This document shows, piece by piece, positions 17,276 to 25,300 of a stretch of DNA of 31,029 bases. Position numbers and translations under genes: made by a program. Source of the DNA: a virus (lineage: Duplodnaviria > Caudoviricetes); the IMG/VR virus record IMGVR_UViG_3300017763_000108, positions 1 through 31,029 of that record; one strand, written 5' to 3'. The notes beneath the pieces are model-generated. The model saw only the letters and a list, made by a program, of their open reading frames with translations. It had not been told where the DNA came from and made no database searches. Position 1 is the first letter of the stretch. Every line of letters begins with the position of its first letter.

Positions 17276-18828
17276 GATATAACAAGGTAAAACCACCAGT
17301 ACCACAAGACGATAGAAGAGGATGCCTTTGTTGGGATACTAACACCTATTCAAGAGAGTGTTGCGATGGAGAATATCAGTCTCAGGGTATAGGTAGCATA
17401 ACGGGCGATGGATTGCCTTTATTAGAATGTAGCCTTATAACTTTGTCAGGTTTTGCGGTTGCACAAGATGGTACTGTCACCGAACCAAGTACGGACATAG
17501 GAACTATTACACAAACAAGTCCTTCATTTTTTAGCATTGTTGATGTGGATACCGAAAGAACACTAACGGTAACAATAGAAGCACCAAGCGACTATAGAAA
17601 CGTTGGACAAACAATAGAATGTACCACAACTGCAACACAGGTATTAACACCTACGCTTTCTTGTAGTGATATAACATTAACAGGATTCGCAGTTGCAGAA
17701 GATGGCACAATTACACCACCGACAACGGATATAGGTACAATATCTTCTACAAGTCCTGCGTCTTTTGACAGGGTAAACGTAGATACTACACAAACCTTAA
17801 CTGTAAATATAACAGTACCAAGTGGTTATTATAACGTTGGAGATACTTTGGTGTGTTCGACTACTGCGGTACAAAGTGCAAGTCAAACATTAGCGTGTGA
17901 AGATATAACAATCAGCGGTTTTGCAGTAGATGAAAACGGAGTAATAACACAACCTACAATAGATATAGGTACATTTACAAGTAGTCCTGCTTCATTTGCT
18001 ACAGTTACAGTTTCTACGGTACAAACACTTACTTTAGATATTACTGTACCAGCAGGATATTATAACACAGGCGATGTATTGGTATGTACTACAACCGCTA
18101 CACAACCTGCTTATAATGTATTTGATTGTACAGACGTTACTATAAGCGGTTTCCTTGTGTATGCAAGTGGTAATTATAATTCAGCAGTTATATCAGTAAA
18201 TGCTGGAACTATAGATAGTATGACACCTGCAAGTTTTGGAACTGTTACAACAGAAACCACAAGAACTCTATCGGTAGATATTACAGTACCTGCTGGATAT
18301 TCCAATTCAGGTCAGACTATTACCTGTACTACAACTTCCTCGCAGTTACCAATAATCTATTTTGACCAACAAACCCCAGCCGTAAGCAGCTATGTTGCAT
18401 TTGAACCAATATTAGACTCATTTAATAACACCTATGCCTTTTGTGTATACGCTAACGACCCTGTTACAAGTTTGTCAAACGCGCACGCTTTAATGGAACA
18501 GGTGGGCAATGAAATAGCAGGGCAAGGTACTACCACAGGTTCAACATTTACCTTTAATGCAACAAGTATATCTTTTTATAGTCCTTCGGATGTTTTGTTA
18601 GCAAAAATTTCAGGAGCAGGAAGGTTTAGTTATACTACACCTGACAATTTAAGTAGTGTACCACCAACACCCTATAGCAGTAATGCTTCTAATTGGACAA
18701 GTTATAAAATGGTATTTACTAATGGTGTTATAAGTGCAAGTGGAACTGCAGTATTAAATCCAAACCAAGAGATGATTATTGATAACAATCAAGATCAAGG
18801 GTACTATTGGACAATAGAAGAACTTTAA
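17272..18828 (+). CDS. putative virion surface protein: Cys-rich N-terminal module, four 77-78 aa repeats, unique C-terminal domain
   Basis: ATG 17272 overlaps upstream TGA (preferred over 17221); GCLCWD..YSRECCDG..QGIG then Thr-rich repeats. Confidence 0.75.
   Translation: MRYNKVKPPVPQDDRRGCLCWDTNTYSRECCDGEYQSQGIGSITGDGLPLLECSLITLSGFAVAQDGTVTEPSTDIGTITQTSPSFFSIVDVDTERTLTVTIEAPSDYRNVGQTIECTTTATQVLTPTLSCSDITLTGFAVAEDGTITPPTTDIGTISSTSPASFDRVNVDTTQTLTVNITVPSGYYNVGDTLVCSTTAVQSASQTLACEDITISGFAVDENGVITQPTIDIGTFTSSPASFATVTVSTVQTLTLDITVPAGYYNTGDVLVCTTTATQPAYNVFDCTDVTISGFLVYASGNYNSAVISVNAGTIDSMTPASFGTVTTETTRTLSVDITVPAGYSNSGQTITCTTTSSQLPIIYFDQQTPAVSSYVAFEPILDSFNNTYAFCVYANDPVTSLSNAHALMEQVGNEIAGQGTTTGSTFTFNATSISFYSPSDVLLAKISGAGRFSYTTPDNLSSVPPTPYSSNASNWTSYKMVFTNGVISASGTAVLNPNQEMIIDNNQDQGYYWTIEEL
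17419..18351 (+). repeat. four tandem protein-level repeats (first Cys codons at 17428, 17662, 17896, 18127; period 234/234/231 nt)
   Basis: Consensus C..IT.SGFAV..DG.IT.P..DIGTI...SPASF..V...T..TLTV.ITVP.GY.N.G..L.CTTTA.Q. Confidence 0.9.
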
Positions 18829-18833
18829 AAATA

Positions 18834-18863
18834 TAACAAACAAAAATAAAATTTATTGTATAT
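18834..18863 (+). promoter_or_regulatory. putative phage late promoter, copy 4 (scaffold-capsid operon)
   Basis: TAACAAA(18834)...TATTGT(18854); offset 18. Confidence 0.72.
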
Positions 18864-18878
18864 ATATAAATAATATTT

Positions 18879-19484
18879 ATGAAAGCAACAGATATGTTAA
18901 ACAAAGTAAAAGAACTTGTTGGGGTGGAAGCATCCGAAGAAGTAAAATTAGCACAGGCTACTTTGGAAAACGGCACTGTTATAGAAAGTGAAGATTTCGC
19001 AGTAGGTAGTGAGGTTTTTATTGTAACAGACGATGAAAAGGTAGCATTACCTGTAGGCGATTACACTTTAGAGGATGGCGAACAACTAAAAGTAGAGGAG
19101 GAAGGCGTTATTGCATCAATAGGTGCAGCCGAAGAACCTACTGAGGAACCAGCCGAAGAAGAAGTGGAAGCTGCAGAAGAAGAAATGGCTTATGCAACTA
19201 AAGAAGAACTTGCAGAGGTTAAATCTATGATTGAAGACATCAAAGCTATGATTGAAAACAAAGCTGAAATGTCGGAAGAAGTAGAATCTACAGAGGAAGT
19301 TGAAAAAGAAGAACTTTCTAAAGTAGAAGAAACGGAAGAAGTTGAGGAAAAAGTAGAACTTGAAAAAGTAACACACAACCCTGAAGCAGAGCCACAAAAA
19401 GAATTAAAACTTTATGGACAGAAAAGACAACCTACAACTATGGACAGAGTCTTTTCAAGAATATCAAATATTAAAAATAAATAA
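18879..19484 (+). CDS. capsid scaffolding protein
   Basis: Very acidic, coiled-coil segment, basic C-terminal helix; immediately upstream of capsid gene. Confidence 0.7.
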   Translation: MKATDMLNKVKELVGVEASEEVKLAQATLENGTVIESEDFAVGSEVFIVTDDEKVALPVGDYTLEDGEQLKVEEEGVIASIGAAEEPTEEPAEEEVEAAEEEMAYATKEELAEVKSMIEDIKAMIENKAEMSEEVESTEEVEKEELSKVEETEEVEEKVELEKVTHNPEAEPQKELKLYGQKRQPTTMDRVFSRISNIKNK

Positions 19485-19495
19485 ATTTAAAAAAA

Positions 19496-20470
19496 ATGCC
19501 AACAGACACAACACAAAACGCAAGTGTAGCTTACAACGGATCCTTCGCAGGAGATTACATCTCCGCAGCGCTTCTTTCTGCACCTACACTCGAAAAAGGT
19601 GGTATTACCATCAAGCCTAACGTAAAGTATCAACACGTTATCAAAACAGTAAGCACCGATGACATCGTAAAAGATGCAACCTGTGATTTTACTGCTACAT
19701 CTGCAATTACTTTGGATGAAAGAACACTTACACCTGAGTTTCAACAAGTGAATTTGCAACTATGTAAATCAGACTTTCAGAATGACTGGGAAGCTATTTC
19801 TATGGGATATTCTGCCCACGATAGCCTACCTTCTTCTTTCTCTGATTTCTTGATTGCACACGTTGCTGCTAAAGTAGCGCAAAGAACAGAGCAGTCTATT
19901 TGGACAGGAGACACTGCCGCAGTAGGTGGTGGACAGTTTGATGGAATTTCTACTAAAATTGCTTTAGATGCTAACTTGCCTTCTGGACAAGAAATTGCAG
20001 GTACTACAGTTACTGCTGCTAACGTAATCGACCAACTTGGTTCTATCGTAGATGCTATTCCTTCTACCATTTATGGAAAAGAAGATTTGAATATCTATGT
20101 ATCACAAAACATTGCAAGAGCGTATGTAAGAGCATTGGGTGGATTTGGAAGTATTGCTTCCAACGCAGGTGCAAATGGTGTAGATAACAAAGGTACACTA
20201 TGGTACGGAATGGGACAAGACTTAGCTTTCGATGGTGTAAAACTATTTGTTGCTAACGGTCTTGCTGACAACACCGCTATTGCTGCTGAAAAATCCAACC
20301 TCTACTTTGGCACAGGTCTTTTATCAGATACTCAGGAAATAAAAGTATTAGATATGGCTGACCTTGATGGTTCTCAAAACGTAAGAGTTGTTATGAGATT
20401 TACCGCAGGGGTTGAGTATGGAATTGTTGATGACATCGTAACTTACGGTATCGCTAACTCTGCCAACTAA
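19496..20470 (+). CDS. major capsid protein
   Basis: 324 aa after scaffold, followed by a strong terminator; codon usage typical of high expression; AGDYISAALLS, PNVKY, CDFT, QVNLQLCK, VRVVMRFTAG. Confidence 0.8.
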   Translation: MPTDTTQNASVAYNGSFAGDYISAALLSAPTLEKGGITIKPNVKYQHVIKTVSTDDIVKDATCDFTATSAITLDERTLTPEFQQVNLQLCKSDFQNDWEAISMGYSAHDSLPSSFSDFLIAHVAAKVAQRTEQSIWTGDTAAVGGGQFDGISTKIALDANLPSGQEIAGTTVTAANVIDQLGSIVDAIPSTIYGKEDLNIYVSQNIARAYVRALGGFGSIASNAGANGVDNKGTLWYGMGQDLAFDGVKLFVANGLADNTAIAAEKSNLYFGTGLLSDTQEIKVLDMADLDGSQNVRVVMRFTAGVEYGIVDDIVTYGIANSAN

Positions 20471-20489
20471 GAACTAATTAACTAACAAT

Positions 20490-20526
20490 AAGGGGTGGGT
20501 GGTTTTATATCTGCCTACCCTTTTTT
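20490..20526 (+). terminator. intrinsic terminator after capsid gene
   Basis: AGGGGTGGGTGG...CTGCCTACCC plus T6. Confidence 0.75.
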
Positions 20527-20540
20527 AATATAAAAAACAA

Positions 20541-21101
20541 ATGAGTTGTACTTTAAATCTTGGAAGAAAAGAACCTTGCAAGGATGTAGTAGGCGGTATT
20601 AAAAATGTCTATTTTGTTGATTTTGGAGATATTTCTCCAGTATATGATTCAACAGATACAGATGTTGTTGATAGTGTTGGGTCTACAGTTGCAAGTTATA
20701 AATACGAACTCAAAGGAAACAGTAGTTTTGAACAAGCCATAACTTCTTCAAGAGAGAATGGCACTACCTTCTTTGAGCAGACTTTGAATCTTACCCTTAA
20801 AAAACTAACTAAGGAAGATAACAAAGAATTAAAACTATTAGCCTATGGCAGACCACACGTTTTAATAGAAGATTATAATTCTAATGTGTTTATAATGGGA
20901 TTAAAAAACGGAGCGGAAGTCTCAGGTGGTACTATTGTTACAGGAGGTTCTATGGGGGATTTAAGCGGATATACACTTTCGTTTTCTGCACAAGAAACTG
21001 AACCTGCAAACTTTATCGTAAAAACCGCAGTAGATGAAACAGTAAGCACTACGCTTACCAATGCTGGTTTTGCTGCTCCTACTGAGGGAACAAACGTTTA
21101 A
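20541..21101 (+). CDS. putative major tail (tube) protein
   Basis: 186 aa; C.L..GR.EPCKD.VGGIK, ENGTTFFEQTL, GDLSGYTLSF..QE. Confidence 0.65.
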   Translation: MSCTLNLGRKEPCKDVVGGIKNVYFVDFGDISPVYDSTDTDVVDSVGSTVASYKYELKGNSSFEQAITSSRENGTTFFEQTLNLTLKKLTKEDNKELKLLAYGRPHVLIEDYNSNVFIMGLKNGAEVSGGTIVTGGSMGDLSGYTLSFSAQETEPANFIVKTAVDETVSTTLTNAGFAAPTEGTNV

Positions 21102-21122
21102 TAGTTAGAAATACTTATAATT

Positions 21123-21151
21123 AAGGGGTGGCATTAGCTGCCCTTTTTTTT
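21123..21151 (+). terminator. intrinsic terminator
   Basis: AAGGGGTGGC-ATTA-GCTGCCC plus T8. Confidence 0.78.
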
Positions 21152-21161
21152 GCTTTATAAA

Positions 21162-21193
21162 TAACAAAATTTAAGTTTTTTTATTGTATATAT
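21162..21193 (+). promoter_or_regulatory. putative phage late promoter, copy 5 (ATG at +12 from TATT)
   Basis: TAACAAA(21162)...TATTGT(21182); offset 18. Confidence 0.72.
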
Positions 21194-21535
21194 ATGATAG
21201 TTTTACAAGAAAGTGCATCTGCACAAAACTTAGATTTTATACCAAGAAGTTTTACAAGCGGTAATACCTATAACGTTACCATAGTAAACGAACAAACTAA
21301 TACGGAGGTTTACAATCAAGACGTAGATACTATAACAGAAAATTTGTACTACAATAGGCTAAATGCTATCTTTGATGTAAAGCAAGATAATTTTTATATG
21401 GTTACTGTTAAGTCAGGAAGCGATGTAATATTTAAAGATAAAGTATTCTGCACCAATCAGGCTATTACAGACTTTACGGTAAACGATAGCCAATATACGG
21501 AGCAGGACACAACAAATGAATTTATATTCTTATAA
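21194..21535 (+). CDS. hypothetical virion protein (possible head completion)
   Basis: 113 aa beta-rich; TAATG-coupled to portal. Confidence 0.6.
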   Translation: MIVLQESASAQNLDFIPRSFTSGNTYNVTIVNEQTNTEVYNQDVDTITENLYYNRLNAIFDVKQDNFYMVTVKSGSDVIFKDKVFCTNQAITDFTVNDSQYTEQDTTNEFIFL

Positions 21536-23259
21536 TGGAAAACGTACACATAGTTAGTTTATCATCTTACAACCGACCTCAAATAAAAGAGGACAAGAAA
21601 AGGGATTGGGTAGAGTATGGAGATGATAACGATTTTTACACTTACCTAATAGACCTTTTTATAGAGTCTACTACAAACAACGCTATTATTAATGGTGTTA
21701 GTCAGATGATATACGGTAAAGGGTTGGATGCATTAGACAGTAGCACTAAGACAGACGAATATGCGGCACTTAGGTCTATATTTCACGATTCGTGTCTTAG
21801 AAAGGTAAGTTTTGACCTTAAACTATTAGGGGAGGCAAGTTTTCAGGTATTATACAAAGACAAGCAAGTAGCAAGAGCCGAACACTTCCCAAGACAAACA
21901 CTAAGAGCAGAAAAGTGTAATGACAATGGAGAGATAGAAGCATACTACTATTTTCACGACTGGTCTAAAATAAAGCCAAACGATAAACCTAAGAGAATTG
22001 CAGCTTTTGGTTTTGGTAACGGTACAGAACCTGAGATTAAAATAATCAAAAGATACTTGTCAGGGTACGATTACTATTGCCCACCTGACTATATGGGTGG
22101 TATAGCGTATGCAGAACTCGAAAGCGAAGTATCTGACTTCTTAATTAATGACGTACAAAATGGCTTTAGTGGGACTAAGGTTGTAAACTTCAACAACGGA
22201 ATACCTGATAGAGAGCAACAGTTACAAGTCAAGTCAGACGTAATGCGTAAACTAACTGGCGCAAGAGGCGAAAAAGTAATTATAGCCTTTAACAACAACG
22301 CAGAAAGCAAAACTACTATAGACGATGTACCACTTACTGATGCACCACAACATTATGAATACCTATCTACGGAAAGTGTAAACAAGTTAATGGTAGCGCA
22401 TAGGATTACATCCCCTTTGCTTTTGGGTATTAGAGATGGTAGTAATGGACTTGGTAATAACGCAGATGAAATTAAAACTGCATCCTTGTTATTTCACAAC
22501 ACAACCATTAAGCCTTACCAAGATTTAATAACAGAAGCAATAGACGATATATTGTCGGTAAATGGTATAGCTTTAAAACTGTATTTTAAGACCCTACAAC
22601 CGCTTGAATTTATAGAAACCGACAATGCCATCACTAACGAAGCAAGAGAGGAAGAAACAGGCGTTAAAATGGCTAAGGAAGAGTTTGATTTTGACGATGA
22701 AGAAATGTTTAATTTACTTCAGGAGTTTGGAGAAGATGAAAACCTTGACGATTGGGAACTTGTAGACGAAAGAGAAGTAGACTATGACCAAGAGGAAGCG
22801 TTAGATAAAATGATAGGTTTAGCAAGTACAGGTAGTGCTTTACCAAACACAAAATCTAAACAAGATAAAAAAATTGATGGGGTACAGTTTAAAGTACGAT
22901 ACAGATACAGTCCAAATACAACTTCTGCTAATAGTAGGAAGTTTTGTAAATTAATGACAAGCCAAAACAAGTTGTACAGAAAAGAGGATATTATAAATAT
23001 GGGTAAAAGACCTGTAAACAAAGGGTGGGGTTTAGGCGGAGCATCTACCTATTCTATATGGAAGTACAAGGGTGGAGGTAATTGCCATCATAAATGGTTA
23101 AGACAAACTTATCGTGGAAAAACAGAAGGCAACCTTGCAGACCAAGAACCTAATATATCCACAAACAAAGCAAGAAAGGAAGGCTTTAATCCTGTAAATG
23201 AAAAAGAAGTTTCAATGAAACCAAAGGATATGCCTAATCAAGGATTTGTAAACAAATAA
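21535..23259 (+). CDS. portal protein with C-terminal extension
   Basis: WVEYG.DN, S.TNNAII, IYGKG, NGFSG, AHRITSPLL.GI, GLGNNADE, IKPYQ; about 195 extra C-terminal residues. Confidence 0.8.
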   Translation: MENVHIVSLSSYNRPQIKEDKKRDWVEYGDDNDFYTYLIDLFIESTTNNAIINGVSQMIYGKGLDALDSSTKTDEYAALRSIFHDSCLRKVSFDLKLLGEASFQVLYKDKQVARAEHFPRQTLRAEKCNDNGEIEAYYYFHDWSKIKPNDKPKRIAAFGFGNGTEPEIKIIKRYLSGYDYYCPPDYMGGIAYAELESEVSDFLINDVQNGFSGTKVVNFNNGIPDREQQLQVKSDVMRKLTGARGEKVIIAFNNNAESKTTIDDVPLTDAPQHYEYLSTESVNKLMVAHRITSPLLLGIRDGSNGLGNNADEIKTASLLFHNTTIKPYQDLITEAIDDILSVNGIALKLYFKTLQPLEFIETDNAITNEAREEETGVKMAKEEFDFDDEEMFNLLQEFGEDENLDDWELVDEREVDYDQEEALDKMIGLASTGSALPNTKSKQDKKIDGVQFKVRYRYSPNTTSANSRKFCKLMTSQNKLYRKEDIINMGKRPVNKGWGLGGASTYSIWKYKGGGNCHHKWLRQTYRGKTEGNLADQEPNISTNKARKEGFNPVNEKEVSMKPKDMPNQGFVNK

Positions 23260-23262
23260 GAA

Positions 23263-23766
23263 ATGGCAGAAGGATTATTTATAACACGGAAAGATTTAGT
23301 TAAGTTTACTTCTGTAAATGGCAACGTAGATAGTGATAAGTTTTTGCAGTACATAAAGATTGCACAAGACATACACATTAAAAACTACTTAGGCACAGAC
23401 TTATTTAATAAACTACAAGACGATATAGAAGCCAGTACACTTACAGGGGACTATTTAACGCTTGTAACGGATTATGTAAAGCCTATGCTGGTACATTGGG
23501 CAATGGTTGAGTATTTACCTTTTGCTGCTTATTCTATTGCAAACAAGGGAATATTTAAGCATAGTAGCGAAAACGCTTCTAACGTAGAAAAGGAAGAAAT
23601 AGACTTTTTAATAGAAAAAGAAAGAAACATAGCACAGTATTATACCGATAGATTTATAGATTATATGTCTTTTAATGCAAGTGGTACTTTTCCTGAATAC
23701 TACACCAATAGTAACGATGATATTTACCCTGATAAAAACGCAAATTTCGAAGGATGGGTTTTGTAA
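23263..23766 (+). CDS. putative head-tail adaptor
   Basis: 167 aa helical; GNVDSDK, AQDIHIKNYLGTDLF, FPEY; follows portal. Confidence 0.6.
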   Translation: MAEGLFITRKDLVKFTSVNGNVDSDKFLQYIKIAQDIHIKNYLGTDLFNKLQDDIEASTLTGDYLTLVTDYVKPMLVHWAMVEYLPFAAYSIANKGIFKHSSENASNVEKEEIDFLIEKERNIAQYYTDRFIDYMSFNASGTFPEYYTNSNDDIYPDKNANFEGWVL

Positions 23767-23858
23767 GAAACGACTATAAACCAAAAGAGAAAAACGTAGA
23801 GAGGCTTAAAAGCTATTTACAAAAGACATTTATAACAAAAATTAAAAAAAAGTATTGA
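23754..23858 (+). CDS. small basic hypothetical protein (34 aa)
   Basis: MGFVRNDYKPKEKNVERLKSYLQK...*; fills intergenic gap. Confidence 0.4.
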   Translation: MGFVRNDYKPKEKNVERLKSYLQKTFITKIKKKY

Positions 23859-23864
23859 TATAAT
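23833..23864 (+). promoter_or_regulatory. putative phage late promoter, copy 6 (ATG at +12 from TATT)
   Basis: TAACAAA(23833)...TATTGA(23853); offset 18. Confidence 0.7.
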
Positions 23865-24095
23865 ATGGCTAATACAATAAATTGGGGCAAGATATATTGT
23901 TATACTGAATTTGGTAATGAAGATTCTACAGTAGCAGAGGCTATACCTCATTTTTCATCTCCTGAGTGCTTTTTAGGTGCTTTAGAGAGTGGTCAAACAG
24001 AAACATTAGCATTAACCGTTGATGACACCCAATTATATAGGGTTGATTCAACAGATTTAACTGCTGACTTAACTTTAGTAACAATATTTAATTAA
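23865..24095 (+). CDS. putative fibre-anchoring virion protein
   Basis: MANTINWGKIYC; C-terminal TVD..VDST.LTAD motif. Confidence 0.55.
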   Translation: MANTINWGKIYCYTEFGNEDSTVAEAIPHFSSPECFLGALESGQTETLALTVDDTQLYRVDSTDLTADLTLVTIFN

Positions 24096-24103
24096 AATAT
24101 AAA

Positions 24104-24745
24104 ATGGCACGACAAACAATAAATGTAGGTTCATCACCAAATGACGGTACAGGAGATACTTTAAGAGATGCGATGGTGTCTATAAATAGTAATTTCACAG
24201 AATTATATAGTGATGATACAGGAGATGTAGATTCAGTAAGTGGGGGTACAGGCATAACTGTTAATCAAACTACAGGAGCAGTAACGATAACTAACTCTTT
24301 GCCTGACCAAACCGTATCCCTTACAGGCTCAACAGGTATTACCACAAGCGGAACATATCCAAACTTTACTATTACTAACGACTCGCCAAACGCTACGCAT
24401 ACGGGAGATGTTACAGGTGCGACTGTTTTAACGATTTCCGATGATGTTATAGACTACAATCATCTTGGTGCTGAGTTTACTACAACAGATGCTATAACTA
24501 CTGAACTTGATTTTTCAAGTCATCAAGTTTTTACTAAAACAATGTCCGCAGACACTACCTTTACATTCGCAAACGCAAATATAGGGATGGTAAAAGATTT
24601 CGTTTTAACAGGAGACCATACACCAACTTTTCCTGCAGGAACAAAGACTGTATCTGGGACATACGATGGAACTGTATCTAACTTAATTCAAATCGTTGCT
24701 ATAGCAAGTGGCGATTATTGGATGTCAATATCACAAGCACAATAA
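24104..24745 (+). CDS. tail fibre/baseplate protein with T4 gp9/gp10-like N-terminal motif
   Basis: QTINVGSSPNDGTGDTLRDAM..IN.NFTELY; G.TGIT repeats. Confidence 0.7.
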   Translation: MARQTINVGSSPNDGTGDTLRDAMVSINSNFTELYSDDTGDVDSVSGGTGITVNQTTGAVTITNSLPDQTVSLTGSTGITTSGTYPNFTITNDSPNATHTGDVTGATVLTISDDVIDYNHLGAEFTTTDAITTELDFSSHQVFTKTMSADTTFTFANANIGMVKDFVLTGDHTPTFPAGTKTVSGTYDGTVSNLIQIVAIASGDYWMSISQAQ

Positions 24746-24746
24746 T

Positions 24747-25298
24747 ATGAAAGCTCAAGTAACCAACACAGGGATTCACATCCACAAAACACTGCCAAAT
24801 ACTTACAATGGAAGTAATGGTTTAATGCTAAACTTTAGAAAAGCATCTCAGGAAGTGTTAGAAGCAGAAGGGTTTTATGATGTAGTAAAGCCAAGCTACG
24901 ATAGGCAAACACAAACCAAAGGCGGTTTATATTTTGATGAGGCTAAGAAGATAGTGACCTATGATGTTACTGATATTGACTTTAGCCAAGAGGTAGATAT
25001 TATCGGAGAAGATGGTGAACCAACAGGCGAAACCGAAAAGAGATATAAGATAGCCGACATCAAAGCAAGTAAAATCTCAGAGATTAAGTCCAAAGCAGGT
25101 AAGATGTTAGAACCTACAGATTGGCAAGTTATAAGAAAAGCAGAGAGGGATATAAATATTGATACAGACATTGCAACGGAAAGAGCAGGAATACTTACAG
25201 AAGCCGATAGGTTAGAAGCAGAGGTAAATGCTAAGAAGTCTTACAAGACTGCATTGCAATACAAAGTACAATTTTTCCCATCTGACGAAATAGAATAA
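24747..25298 (+). CDS. putative tail fibre assembly chaperone
   Basis: ATG 24747 just after upstream stop; L.PTDWQVIRKAER motif; lies between fibre genes. Confidence 0.65.
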   Translation: MKAQVTNTGIHIHKTLPNTYNGSNGLMLNFRKASQEVLEAEGFYDVVKPSYDRQTQTKGGLYFDEAKKIVTYDVTDIDFSQEVDIIGEDGEPTGETEKRYKIADIKASKISEIKSKAGKMLEPTDWQVIRKAERDINIDTDIATERAGILTEADRLEAEVNAKKSYKTALQYKVQFFPSDEIE

Positions 25299-25300
25299 AT

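Noticed and set aside
19414-19620. ORF bridging scaffold and capsid genes (possible frameshift fusion at the A run)
   Set aside because: Scaffold ends with TAA before the run and the capsid gene has its own ATG; the bridging translation looks random
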